Assembly (NCBI GenBank): GCA_965197585.1
Contig: OZ240215.1
Location: 1,120,001 to 1,184,000, forward strand
Source of the DNA: Dehalococcoidia bacterium
GTDB lineage: Bacteria; Chloroflexota; Dehalococcoidia; Plut-88900
Direction of reading: 5' to 3'
DNA: 64,000 nt
Shown: in pieces, positions 8,439 to 18,654 of the stretch
How the letters are laid out: every line of letters starts with the position of its first letter
Position numbering within the stretch: position 1 is the stretch's first letter
Position numbers and translations under genes: made by a program
Notes under the pieces: model-generated
Told to the model about the DNA's origin: nothing
Seen by the model: only the letters and a program-made list of their open reading frames with translations
Database searches by the model: none

Positions 8439-9197
8439 ATGTCGAAACTAGCTCTGATAATTCGTCACGCCGCCCCCGAGACCCTGGCCGGGAACTATAC
8501 CTCGGTCCTTCAGGAGCGCGGCTTCGGGCTCCATCCCCTCAACATATTCGAGAGTGCCCCTGCTTTCGACAAATTCGACCCACCTTCGCTTAAAGACACC
8601 GATCTGATCATTGCCATCGGCGGCCCACAATCGGCCAACGACAGCTATCCCGCCCTGCACGCGGAACGTCAGTTTCTTGGCGATGCTATGGCGTCGGGAA
8701 AGCCGGTATTCGGTGTTTGCCTGGGAGCCCAAATCATGGTCAAGGCACTGGGTGGAGCAGTAGCTCCGACAGGCGGCTACGAGTTCGGCCTGCGCAAAAT
8801 ATGGGTTACGGAGGAAGGAAACCGGGACCTGGTCTTCAGCAAGCTGCGCGTCCCTCTTGTCCCGACCCTCCACGGCGAAATGTTCACCGTTCCTCCCGGC
8901 GCAACTGAACTGGCATACGGCTACATGCTCTGCAAAGACGGAACCTTCAAAAGGCAAAGCATGGCTTTTCGACATGTCAACTCCTATGCCTTCCAGTTCG
9001 AGCCTCAGCTAACCCTTGATGAGTTGAAGGTCTGGAATCGAGACCTCGCCGCCGACTACAAATTGATGGGCCCTCCATTCGACCCCGCCTCTGAAGCCGA
9101 GACTAATCTTCGTGAATTCACAGCCTATTCGCCTATATATGAAGCCCAGTCCAGGGAGATGCTGGTGGCCTTTCTTGAGAAAGCGGGCCTGGCCTAG
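8439..9197 (+). CDS. Class I glutamine amidotransferase-like protein (degenerate triad)
   Basis: IGGPQS, GVCLGAQ nucleophile elbow; QFEPQ in place of QFHPE. Confidence 0.8.
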   Translation: MSKLALIIRHAAPETLAGNYTSVLQERGFGLHPLNIFESAPAFDKFDPPSLKDTDLIIAIGGPQSANDSYPALHAERQFLGDAMASGKPVFGVCLGAQIMVKALGGAVAPTGGYEFGLRKIWVTEEGNRDLVFSKLRVPLVPTLHGEMFTVPPGATELAYGYMLCKDGTFKRQSMAFRHVNSYAFQFEPQLTLDELKVWNRDLAADYKLMGPPFDPASEAETNLREFTAYSPIYEAQSREMLVAFLEKAGLA

Positions 9198-9217
9198 GGC
9201 CGAGGAAGAGTGAAGAT

Positions 9218-10444
9218 ATGAAAGCACTGACGAACGCCAACCTGATAGATGGCACCGGAGCTCCTGCGAAGGCGGGCCACACGGTACTGATAGATGAAGA
9301 TAGGATCGTTGAAGTCGGGCCCTGGGAGAAGACCACCATTCCACCAACTGCCGATGTCACGGACCTGCAGGGAATGACCCTTATGCCGGGCCTCATCGAC
9401 TGCCATGACCACATCGCCGGTTCCGTATACGGTCTAATCGGCAGATGGGAGCTCGATGCCCCTCCCAGCCTGAGACACCTGCGTACTGCTGAAACCCTGA
9501 GAAAGACCCTCGATATGGGCTATACAGCATTTAGAGATGCCGGCGGCCTGGACCAGGGATTCAAGATGGCTATAGAGGATGGGCTTATCCCTGGACCTCG
9601 CCTTGTATTGAGCTTGAGCATCATCTCTCCCACCGGCGGCATTGGTGATTGGTCAAGTCCCTCGGGTCACCATCGCCCGGATCCCGGCAATGTCAGCTTG
9701 CCTCGTGGCGTTGCCAACGGCGTCGATGCCGTCCGTGCGAAGGTCAGGGAGATTGCCCGCATGGGCGCAGACGTCATTAAGTTTGCTACCACCGGTGGGG
9801 CCAGCTCACGCCTGGGCCACGGGCCCAAGGACATCGCATTCGGAAAGGATGAGATTTTTGCCATAGTGGAAGAGGCTCACGCCTTGGGCAAACGTGCAAT
9901 GTGTCATGCCATCGGTGGCCCGGGCCTCAAGCTCGCCGTTGAGGCAGGCGCCGATAGCATCGAACACGGCAGCTACGTCGACGAAGACCCTGACATAATC
10001 CCCATGATGTCAGAAAAAGGCATCTTCCTGGTTCCCACATTGACCGTGTACGCCTTCCATCGCGATGCACCTGAGCCTCACTTCAGTTCACGGGCCCAGG
10101 CGATGTACGCGCACCAGGTCGAGAGCATCCGGAAAGCGCTGGACGCGGGAGTGAAGGTCGTGGCCGGAACCGACGCCGGTGGCTACCAACACTTCATAAA
10201 TGCCCAGGAGTTGCAATGGCTGGTGGAACAAGGTGGCATGACCAACAGCCAGGCCATCGTGTCGGCGACGGGTTGGGCGGCGGAGTGTCTCGGGTTGGAA
10301 AAGGACATCGGCACCGTGGAGCCGGGAAAGCTCGCCGACCTGATAGTCGTGGACGGCGATCCACTTCTTAACATAAAACTTCTACAGGACGAATCTCGTA
10401 TCAGGGCCGTGATCAAAGGCGGCGTGACTCACCTATCCAAGTAA
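9218..10444 (+). CDS. Amidohydrolase family protein (Xaa-Pro dipeptidase-like subgroup)
   Basis: MPGLIDCHDH, RDAGG, GADVIK, DSIEHG, AGTDAG, GKLADL motifs. Confidence 0.9.
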   Translation: MKALTNANLIDGTGAPAKAGHTVLIDEDRIVEVGPWEKTTIPPTADVTDLQGMTLMPGLIDCHDHIAGSVYGLIGRWELDAPPSLRHLRTAETLRKTLDMGYTAFRDAGGLDQGFKMAIEDGLIPGPRLVLSLSIISPTGGIGDWSSPSGHHRPDPGNVSLPRGVANGVDAVRAKVREIARMGADVIKFATTGGASSRLGHGPKDIAFGKDEIFAIVEEAHALGKRAMCHAIGGPGLKLAVEAGADSIEHGSYVDEDPDIIPMMSEKGIFLVPTLTVYAFHRDAPEPHFSSRAQAMYAHQVESIRKALDAGVKVVAGTDAGGYQHFINAQELQWLVEQGGMTNSQAIVSATGWAAECLGLEKDIGTVEPGKLADLIVVDGDPLLNIKLLQDESRIRAVIKGGVTHLSK

Positions 10445-10534
10445 CGCCGCACTCCAAGAAGCTTCGTCCTACCTTTCTATCGTCGTAACAGGTTTGGCGC
10501 GACCATCAGCGACAGGTTAGAATTACCTGCACTC

Positions 10535-10612
<78 letters not shown>

Positions 10613-10874
10613 ATTCCCAGCACGGCACGTGCATTTTGAAAGGTTCAACCGAATATCTAAAGAGATATCTCCACTCTCACCTTGGCTATTGTATAGTCTT
10701 TTAGGCATCACACCAGCATGTCATAGACCTAATACGCTCTTGATACTACTATTGAACTCACTGGTATAAACAGCAAAGAGTTGCAAATACAATCAGGTTA
10801 CCCTAACTCTGTTAAAGATACCCTTGCCTCCCAAGTTCACTCTCCATCACCCATCGAGCGATTAATCCCACAAG

Positions 10875-11576
10875 GTGTGCCCTTTGAATCTGGATATTCT
10901 TTCCAAGCTGCTGGAATCCGCAACATGCGGCGCATATGCCGTGTCAATAGACCAGACCATAGTCCTGTGGAACCGTAATGCCGAGCGCATCCTCGGTCAC
11001 TCGTCCCAAAACGTGCTGGGCCGCAAGTGTTACGAAGTCATGGAAGGTGTCACTTCAGTCGGCTTGACGCCCCAGTGCCTGGGCGGTTGTCCGTCAATGC
11101 ACTACCTGCGTGCAGGACTAATCCCTGCGACGACCCGGCTTCAAATGCTATGTTCAACTGGGGAACGCAAGTGGGTATCCATCACTCCCATGGTGGTCTC
11201 AGGCATCCTTAGAGACGCACCTATTCTGGTGCACTTGTTCGACGAAGCCGAGCAAGTGGAAGATTTTAATCAGGCTAGAGACTCAGTTCATGATGCGCTG
11301 GCAGAGAGCGGCGCTCAGGTCATCTCTGACCAGCCCCCCACCCCTGCCCCCCTCGGAGAGGACCCGGCACTTTCACGGCGAGAATTAGAAGTGTTGCGTT
11401 TGGTCGCACTGGGTTGGGATACCCCGCGTATAGCCGCCGAGCTGGCCATCAGCCGCCACACGGTGCGCAACCATATCCGAAATCTAAGGCACAAGCTCAA
11501 CGCAACAACCAAGCTGGACGCTGTGATGAAAGGCATTCGGCTAGGCATTCTGGCAATGGGCCGGTCATCGCGCTAG
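10875..11576 (+). CDS. PAS domain plus LuxR-type HTH transcriptional regulator
   Basis: IVLWNRNAERILG..VLGRKCYEV PAS; LSRRELEVLRLVALG..IAAELAISRHTVRNHIRNL LuxR HTH. Confidence 0.9.
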   Translation: MCPLNLDILSKLLESATCGAYAVSIDQTIVLWNRNAERILGHSSQNVLGRKCYEVMEGVTSVGLTPQCLGGCPSMHYLRAGLIPATTRLQMLCSTGERKWVSITPMVVSGILRDAPILVHLFDEAEQVEDFNQARDSVHDALAESGAQVISDQPPTPAPLGEDPALSRRELEVLRLVALGWDTPRIAAELAISRHTVRNHIRNLRHKLNATTKLDAVMKGIRLGILAMGRSSR

Positions 11577-11728
11577 CTAACTCTCCTGTCAGCGGTGCAT
11601 AACGATACGTATCGACGAAGTCCGCGTCTCGTACTTCGCTTGACGTATCTTCCCCTTCCCTTAGAATGAATCCCGATTCAATTGTGCTATCCGCGTAACA
11701 TTCTCAATCTTCCCGCAAGAGGTCTGAC

Positions 11729-13207
11729 GTGTTCCTAGTTCCAAGGGTGATGAGCACCCAGCACCCCGACAACGCTGTTCCTGCTCCCTTCGCGGATTCC
11801 GAAGGGGTCCTTCGCGGCAATGGTGAGGTCAACGAGGCCTTCCACATCTTTTCCCTCGGCTGCGACGAGCAGATGTGGGATTCGGAAGGCAAGGAGGCCG
11901 ATAACCACGTCGTTCAGAAATTGCTGACCGGCTTCCCCGAGTTCTTCCACAATGAGCGCCGACTCGGGCGCGACGTGATCCTCACCCTGCGCGTCCCCAA
12001 CCCCGGCATCGAACGGGACATGCGGAAGTCCATGGTCGAAGCCCTTCAGAGCGTGCCTTCCGCACGGGACGTGGCCGACAGCTTCTACGGCGGCATTGAA
12101 GACGCCTCAGCGCCCATCCAGGAGGTTATCCTTCCCTTCACCACCTCCGCCGAGGAATTATCCCTCGTCGAGGCCTACTACAGTAATGTCATCATAGGTC
12201 AGGAGACTCTATCCCTCCTGGACGGCCAAGTCGTGAAAGACTGGGTCGGCGAGTTCTTTCCCAAGCGCATCCGTGTTATCCCCCTGATAGAGGATATAGA
12301 GCACCTCTTCCAGTGCGATAACATAGTGGAGGAATACCTGAAAGGAAGAGACTTGCCGGGCCAACGGGTCTTCCTGGCCCGGAGTGACCCTGCGCTAAAT
12401 TATGGCAATGTGGCCGCGGAACTGGCGCTGAAAGTAGCCCTTGTCCGCCTCCACGAACTTGCAGGCCGACTGGGCATGCCCATTTTCCCCATAATTGGGG
12501 TTGGCTCCGTTCCCTTCCGAGGCCACCTTACTCCCGTCAATGTCGACAGAGCCCTTCGCGAATACCCCAGCGTCCATACATTTACCGTCCAGTCCGCCTT
12601 CAAGTACGACTACGATAGCGACGCCGTACGTAATGGCATCGCCCAGCTCCGAGCCCACGAGCCTCGTGACCCGGTCCCCATAGATCAAGCCCGAGCCCGT
12701 GAAGTCATAGACAAGACCACTGCGGAATACCAGGCCCGAGTCCGTGACCTGCTCCAAGTGATCACCAGCGTCGCTGGACACGTTCCCAAGCGCCGCGAGC
12801 GCAAACTGCATGTCGGATTATTCGGATACGGCCGATCGCTTGGCGGGGTCGGCGGAGCAACTCTCCCACGCGCTATCGGATTCGCAGCTTCCCTCTATTC
12901 CATAGGCGTTCCACCGGAGCTGCTGGGCCTCGCCGCCCTCGATGAGGCAGACCTTGCCTTTATCCGGGAGTCCTGTCCCAGCCTCAATGAGGACCTGCGC
13001 GCCGCACTGCGCTTCACCAACGAGCGTCACGTCCTGGACCTTCTCGGCGAAAACCATCTCCGCATCGTCGCCCAATTCACCGACGAACTGGACCGTGTCC
13101 ACGAAGGTCTAAGCAGCGCAATTTGGGCTGGCATCAACCAGGACGCTCCCGTTAGCATCCCCCACTACGTGCAAGAGGCGGCTCTCCTGCGTCGCTTCCT
13201 TGGTTGA
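11729..13207 (+). CDS. ppcA: Archaeal-type phosphoenolpyruvate carboxylase
   Basis: MSTQHPDN, FLARSDPALNYG, GVGSVPFRG, TFTVQSAFKYD, RKLHVGLFGY, LPRAIGF..SLYSIGVPPELLG; about 490 aa. Confidence 0.93.
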   Translation: MFLVPRVMSTQHPDNAVPAPFADSEGVLRGNGEVNEAFHIFSLGCDEQMWDSEGKEADNHVVQKLLTGFPEFFHNERRLGRDVILTLRVPNPGIERDMRKSMVEALQSVPSARDVADSFYGGIEDASAPIQEVILPFTTSAEELSLVEAYYSNVIIGQETLSLLDGQVVKDWVGEFFPKRIRVIPLIEDIEHLFQCDNIVEEYLKGRDLPGQRVFLARSDPALNYGNVAAELALKVALVRLHELAGRLGMPIFPIIGVGSVPFRGHLTPVNVDRALREYPSVHTFTVQSAFKYDYDSDAVRNGIAQLRAHEPRDPVPIDQARAREVIDKTTAEYQARVRDLLQVITSVAGHVPKRRERKLHVGLFGYGRSLGGVGGATLPRAIGFAASLYSIGVPPELLGLAALDEADLAFIRESCPSLNEDLRAALRFTNERHVLDLLGENHLRIVAQFTDELDRVHEGLSSAIWAGINQDAPVSIPHYVQEAALLRRFLG

Positions 13208-13239
13208 GTTCCCTCCGACACACAAACATCCTTACCGCG

Positions 13240-13274
13240 CTAAGGCCGGAGCACTCTTCGCGCTCCGGCCTTAG
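13240..13274 (+). terminator. Hairpin after ppcA, probable terminator
   Basis: ctaaggccggagc / gctccggccttag 13-bp stem; weak U-tract. Confidence 0.55.
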
Positions 13275-13524
13275 TCTGTAATTGCACCCCCGGTTTACGG
13301 GCCCGATCTACTCCCTTATGCCAACGGGCAACTCGGGGTCGCAGTAAGACAAGTCCAGACTGTCAACGTCGCTCTCGGGCACATCCTTTAGCTGATTTTG
13401 ACTGGCCATTAGCATTATCCTGATATCCGGCCTTGGAAGGCAATAAGGTTGATTTTCCACGCAACTCGCCTTCAATACATCAATTTTGCTCCATACTCCG
13501 CTTCCCGTTAACATTGAACTGCTG

Positions 13525-14034
13525 ATGAAATGCGGAATTACAATACGCCGATTCGCTCTTGCGATTGCATTCCTGATCGTTTCCATGGCCTTGGTGGTCG
13601 CCTGCTCTTCACCCCCGAGCATTGATGGGCCAACCCCCACCCCAGCCCCACCCACCGGGCAGGAAATCTTCGCAGCTACTTGCGCCACATGCCACGGCGC
13701 CGAGGGCCAGGGCCAGTCCGACTGGCATATCCGCAAGCCCGATGGCATCTTCCCCGCTCCTCCCCTGAACGGCGATGGCCACACCTGGCACCACGGAGAC
13801 GGACTGCTCTACAGCATAGTGAGCCAGGGCGGACAGCGCTGGGAAGACCTTAACTTGCCACAGTTTAAAAGTGGCATGCCTGCATTTGGAGAACAGTTCA
13901 CCCAGGATGAGATTGTTGCAGTGCTCGAATACATCAAGAGTCTCTGGGATGACAAGGAAATCCGCGGCGTCTCCATCATCGAGCACCAGGCCCTCATGAG
14001 CGAGACCGATCCTTTCCCACCTGACGGAAGCTAG
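13525..14034 (+). CDS. Monoheme c-type cytochrome lipoprotein
   Basis: Lipobox LVVAC, CATCH heme motif, APPLNGDGHTWHH, MPAF distal Met. Confidence 0.88.
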   Translation: MKCGITIRRFALAIAFLIVSMALVVACSSPPSIDGPTPTPAPPTGQEIFAATCATCHGAEGQGQSDWHIRKPDGIFPAPPLNGDGHTWHHGDGLLYSIVSQGGQRWEDLNLPQFKSGMPAFGEQFTQDEIVAVLEYIKSLWDDKEIRGVSIIEHQALMSETDPFPPDGS

Positions 14035-14252
14035 TCTTCCACCACCCGGTCTCTACGTCTTCACTCTCTCTTTTGCCCGCACTTTTGGCGAAAATGGGGG
14101 CAACTCTCACAACAGGTTCTTGACCGGCCTATGGGCTTCCAATAAACTGCCAGTCACTCAGCCCCCTGACCGTTCGTCTCGATACAATTCATGGCGAGAA
14201 CCCGAAAATAGCGCATTTCGGGTAACTCACCAGCCAGGAAAGAGCGTGCCGG

Positions 14253-15077
14253 TTGAAGAGTCCAAACATCGATAAGAAGGCGGAGAAAGGCAAGGCGGCG
14301 CGTATGATGGGCGCCGCCGAAAGTCATGTTCAGGGCAAGGTGCTTGCCGGTCTTCTGCAGCTTGTCCCCCTGCTGGTGACCGCAATAGTCATTCTATTCA
14401 TTGTCGGTAAGACGGATAGTTACGTCCGTGACCTGCCGTTCGTAAAAGGAGAGCCTTGGGATGTACCGGGCATCGGCTTAGCGGCCTTCGTCGTTGCGTT
14501 ATATGTAATAGGGTTACTGATCTCCTTCCGGCTCGGCAAGTGGGTTATCTCCCTCATCGGCGTCGTCCTTCTACGCGTTCCCGTGATCAAGGTCATCTAC
14601 AGGCTCATGCTGCAGGTCACCAATGTAGTGGCTTCAGATTACGGTTTTAGTAGGGTCGTATTCATAGAATGGCCCAGGGACGGTATGGTAGCCTTGGGAT
14701 TCGTTACAGGCCGAGTCCAGTCCAAGGACTGCGAGCATTCCCTGGTTACTGTCTATATTCCCACCATACCAAATCCCACATCCGGCAACATGGCCTTTGT
14801 TAACGAGGATGACGTTATGGAGACCGACATCTCCGTCGACGCTGCCATGAAGCTCGTTTTCTCCGGGGGTTTCGTACTGCCGGACACTCTTGCTATTGCA
14901 CGCGGACCCAGAACTGACACCGACGCCAACGCCGATTTTCTGGGTGCTTTTGAAGCAGATAACAGCGTAAGGGACGGCGAGAACCAACAGCAAGATTCCT
15001 CATCTAAAGGCGAGTCTGGCGCTCCTGCTATAGGAGGCCTGATGCCCAAAGAACCCGAAGAGGGGAGGTCTTCCTGA
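14253..15077 (+). CDS. DUF502 family membrane protein
   Basis: AGLL..VPL.VT, RVVFIEWPR, VYIPTIPNPTSG, AMKLVFSGG motifs. Confidence 0.88.
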   Translation: MKSPNIDKKAEKGKAARMMGAAESHVQGKVLAGLLQLVPLLVTAIVILFIVGKTDSYVRDLPFVKGEPWDVPGIGLAAFVVALYVIGLLISFRLGKWVISLIGVVLLRVPVIKVIYRLMLQVTNVVASDYGFSRVVFIEWPRDGMVALGFVTGRVQSKDCEHSLVTVYIPTIPNPTSGNMAFVNEDDVMETDISVDAAMKLVFSGGFVLPDTLAIARGPRTDTDANADFLGAFEADNSVRDGENQQQDSSSKGESGAPAIGGLMPKEPEEGRSS

Positions 15078-15184
15078 CAAGCGCCACGCTTTGGGCTCCT
15101 TGAAAGGATGCAAAGTCTCGGCGCCACTTTGGGCAAGAAGGGCCTGCCCCCCGGATTAAGAAATGCCCTGCACGTGCTATAGGG

Positions 15185-17362
15185 TTAAGATGTAACCCCC
15201 GAAGCCGTTGCCTCTTCCACTATCTCTGTTGGGCGTTCCAGGGGCAGGGCCACAATCATCGTAGTGCCTTCCCCTGGCTCGGTTTCCACCCGTATCACCC
15301 CGCCGTGCCGCCGCACGATGTCGTTTGATATAGCCAGTCCAAGCCCCGTGCCCTGGTCCGTGGGCTTGGTAGTGAAGAATGGGTTGAATATCTTCTCTAC
15401 CACGTCGGGGGGCATGCCCGTGCCGTTGTCCCGGATCCGAATTTCCACCCCATCCTCTTTTCGTATAGTAGACATCCACAAAGTCGGTTCGAAAGGTACT
15501 CCTTCCGCCATGGAAGCGCGGCGCCTCTGATCGGTAGCATAGCAGGCGTTGCTGACTATGTTGAGGAAGACACGACCTAGTTGCTGGGGGACAACCTCTA
15601 GTTTCCCAACATCGGGGTTCAAGTCCCATTGGAGGTCTACCTGGAACTCCTGGTTCGTGGCCCTGGTGCTGTGATAGGCCAGCCGAGCATGCTGGTCCAC
15701 CAGTCCGTTGATGTCTGATTCCTGCCAGTCTCCCGAGTCTCTTCCCATCCTCAGCATATCGTGGACTATGCGGTTGGCCCGCTCCCCATGTGAGCGTATA
15801 CGTACGACATTGTTTGTCAGGTCATCAGTGATCTCATTCACCAGGCCCCGCTGTTCGTCGGGTAATACCACTCCCTCTTCCTCTAGTATCTCCCGCAACT
15901 CTTCGATCAGCTCTCCCGACGCCTCGGAGAAGTTGTTGACGAAGTTCAACGGATTGCGTATCTCATGAGCGACCCCCGCCGTTAGCTCACCGAGAGCGGC
16001 CAGCTTCTCCCGCATCACTATCTGGTCCTGTGCCTTCCGAAGCTCCGCCAGAACGCTCTCCAACTGCCCATTCTTGTCCTGAAGCTCACCCGCTAGCTTC
16101 TCCACCTCGTTAAGCCGTAACGCTTCCAGAGCGTGACGGCGGAACACTTCAAGCGCAGCGGCCATGTCCGCAACCTCATCCTTGCCGCTCATCTCGACTC
16201 GGGCCTCCAGGTCCCCCCCGGCCATTCGGCGCATCCATTCGGAAAGCATCCCCAGCCGCCGCAGCAGCACCCTGCCGATGAACAGCCAGATAATTAGCGT
16301 CGCACCAATAATGCTTAAACCACTAATTACCAGCAGCAGCGTACGTCCTGTGAATATCGCCTGGGTTGACGCCTGTGTCGCAACTGCCGCACTTGTCTCT
16401 GCCGCGCTTACCAGTCCATCAACCTCCTCCACCAGGTCTACTGAAATGTCCCGGTTTAACGCAAGCAATTCCCCTTGCTGCTCCACTATCTGCAGCTCTC
16501 TGGCAAACACGTTGAAAATACTGTCTTCACCTGTCCCCAACTCAAACAACCTGGTGTAAATCGGCGCCGCCTCTTCGTAGAAACCAAGGGTCCTCTGCGC
16601 ATCTAGGTTCCGGTCGATCCTTTCCACCGCCGCCTCGAACCGTTCCCTCAACGGCTCTATAAAAGATTCATCCGAAAGTGTGAATGCGTTGGCCAGAAGT
16701 TCGGTGGCGATGTTGGTGTCGGCCTGCATCTCCGTAAGCCTTCGATAGCGGACGACCTGTTGCTCCGACAAGTGGGCCGGACGGGATACAGCACTGCCCT
16801 CGACGGTAACGTGCCCGGTGAGGACATAGAAGAGTTGATCGTCTATGGCAGGGGCCAATAGGGCGTCCAACTGGCTCCGCAGATCTGCGAGCTCAGCCTG
16901 CAAGCTCAATCTGTTTTCAGTTAGCTGGAACACCTCCGCCATGCTGAACTTTAGGTCATTGATATTGGTGATCAGTGTCTCTGCGTGAGTCAGGATCTCC
17001 TCTACCCGCTCCCTTCCTGCACTTTCGCTCTCTTCAAGAACGGCGATCTGCTCTTCGAATGATAGAAAAGCGTGATCAATGTTCCCCGCCACAAGGGCCA
17101 GTTCCAGTGGATTAGCGGCTGTAGTAAGGCTGGGCGCTGCGGCCACTAGAGTACTGCCGTACTGTGCCACTTCAAACGCAGCGGCCAATTCCGGCACACT
17201 TCCTTCGTTCACCCTGCTTTGCACTTCCCCTACCCGGTTGAACGAAAACCATCCGACCAAACTGGCTGCGATAGTCATGACCACAGCGCCGCCAACCGCG
17301 AGGTACAGCTGCGTGGATATCCTTGATCGCCTGGCCAGTATCCGCTTTAGTTGCTCGACCAT
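15185..17362 (-). CDS. Membrane sensor histidine kinase (TorS-like helical sensor, HAMP, HisKA, HATPase)
   Basis: Two TM segments around a long helical region; HAMP; AGVAHEIRNPLN H-box; N, G1, F and G2 boxes. Confidence 0.9.
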   Translation of the reverse strand: MVEQLKRILARRSRISTQLYLAVGGAVVMTIAASLVGWFSFNRVGEVQSRVNEGSVPELAAAFEVAQYGSTLVAAAPSLTTAANPLELALVAGNIDHAFLSFEEQIAVLEESESAGRERVEEILTHAETLITNINDLKFSMAEVFQLTENRLSLQAELADLRSQLDALLAPAIDDQLFYVLTGHVTVEGSAVSRPAHLSEQQVVRYRRLTEMQADTNIATELLANAFTLSDESFIEPLRERFEAAVERIDRNLDAQRTLGFYEEAAPIYTRLFELGTGEDSIFNVFARELQIVEQQGELLALNRDISVDLVEEVDGLVSAAETSAAVATQASTQAIFTGRTLLLVISGLSIIGATLIIWLFIGRVLLRRLGMLSEWMRRMAGGDLEARVEMSGKDEVADMAAALEVFRRHALEALRLNEVEKLAGELQDKNGQLESVLAELRKAQDQIVMREKLAALGELTAGVAHEIRNPLNFVNNFSEASGELIEELREILEEEGVVLPDEQRGLVNEITDDLTNNVVRIRSHGERANRIVHDMLRMGRDSGDWQESDINGLVDQHARLAYHSTRATNQEFQVDLQWDLNPDVGKLEVVPQQLGRVFLNIVSNACYATDQRRRASMAEGVPFEPTLWMSTIRKEDGVEIRIRDNGTGMPPDVVEKIFNPFFTTKPTDQGTGLGLAISNDIVRRHGGVIRVETEPGEGTTMIVALPLERPTEIVEEATASGVTS

Positions 17363-18606
17363 GCCTCCGCCTCTTGCAAGTTGTCGACGGCATGGTACGC
17401 ACCGTCGTTACCTATAACCGTAAGAAACACTTTGTCCGATCCCTGGTTGTCACCTTCCCCAAACTGCAACTCAAACCCTCCGATGTCGATCTGGCTGGAG
17501 CCCAAGATGCTATGCATAAAACATTCTCGGTTTACGTCTCGCCCACACTTTTCCAGCCCGGCTATTGCCATTCGGCCTGCCAGGTATCCTTCAAGGGAGA
17601 CGAATCCCGGCGTCGTCTCCGGGGCATGTGCCCCAAGAGCCTCCTGGTAGGCCTCTACCACCGGGAGAGAATCGTCCCAGGGGAACGGCACCACTTGCGT
17701 CACAATCACCCCCGCGCCATTGATTCCCAGCTCTTCCCTCAGCGCATTGCTCCCGACGAACGATACGTTCAGGAATATCGAGTCGAAGCCTAGGCGTCGG
17801 GCCCAGATTATCAGCTCCGCACATGGCTCGTAGGCCCCAATCATGATCACGGCCTCGGGCTCCCCTTCCATCAGGTCGAGCAGTGCAGTTTTTACCGCTG
17901 TCGTGTTGCGCTGGTACAGTCCCACCGCAACGGGTTCCATGCCGTGAGGTTCAAGCGCGGCAACCACCCCCCGGTATCCGCTTCGACCATAGGAATCGTC
18001 CTGGTACATTACGCCGATCCTGGTGATGTCCAAGTCCTCCATTAGCCGAGCCACCATCTCCGCCGTCTCCTGCTGGTAAGACGAGCGCAAGTTGATGATA
18101 TTGTCCCAGCTCGGGTCTCGCAGGAATCCTGCGCCCGTAAACGGGCCTATGAAGGGCACGTTGGACGCGGCCGCTACCGGTGTAGCTGAGCGGGACGTGG
18201 GTGTGCCCACTTCCCCTATCAAGGCAAAGACCTCGTCTTCATCTATTAGACGGTGGGTGTTGGCTATGGAAGCCTCGGGTTCGTAGGAGTCGTTATAGGA
18301 TACGAGTTCGAGGCGCCGCCCGTGGACTCCCCCGTTCGCATTCGCCTCGGCAAATGCAACTTCAATGCCCAGCCGCATATTCTTGCCCAGTTCTTGCGCG
18401 GGCCCCTCAAACGCTGCCGACTGCCCAAAAAGCACCCTATCGTCCGATACTCCATGATTATCGGGCGTTGCCGGCACGGCGGTTGCCCTGGGTGTGGGGA
18501 GGGGCGTGCCCTCCGGTCCGTTGCAGCCCGAGACTACCAGTAAGGCCAGGACGCTCACCAGAAAAAACGCCAGGAGCATTGGGATTACGGGACGGGTGCC
18601 TCTCAT
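17347..18606 (-). CDS. Type I periplasmic-binding lipoprotein (LivJ-like), no adjacent permease
   Basis: Lipobox VVSGC; FGQSAAFEGP, NANGGVHGRRLEL, NDSYEP, GEVGTPT, YQDDSYG motifs. Confidence 0.88.
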   Translation of the reverse strand: MRGTRPVIPMLLAFFLVSVLALLVVSGCNGPEGTPLPTPRATAVPATPDNHGVSDDRVLFGQSAAFEGPAQELGKNMRLGIEVAFAEANANGGVHGRRLELVSYNDSYEPEASIANTHRLIDEDEVFALIGEVGTPTSRSATPVAAASNVPFIGPFTGAGFLRDPSWDNIINLRSSYQQETAEMVARLMEDLDITRIGVMYQDDSYGRSGYRGVVAALEPHGMEPVAVGLYQRNTTAVKTALLDLMEGEPEAVIMIGAYEPCAELIIWARRLGFDSIFLNVSFVGSNALREELGINGAGVIVTQVVPFPWDDSLPVVEAYQEALGAHAPETTPGFVSLEGYLAGRMAIAGLEKCGRDVNRECFMHSILGSSQIDIGGFELQFGEGDNQGSDKVFLTVIGNDGAYHAVDNLQEAEAWSSN

Positions 18607-18654
18607 CAGAGTCTAAAGCCCTCCGATCCCTGCGTTACACAGGATCAGTTGCCT

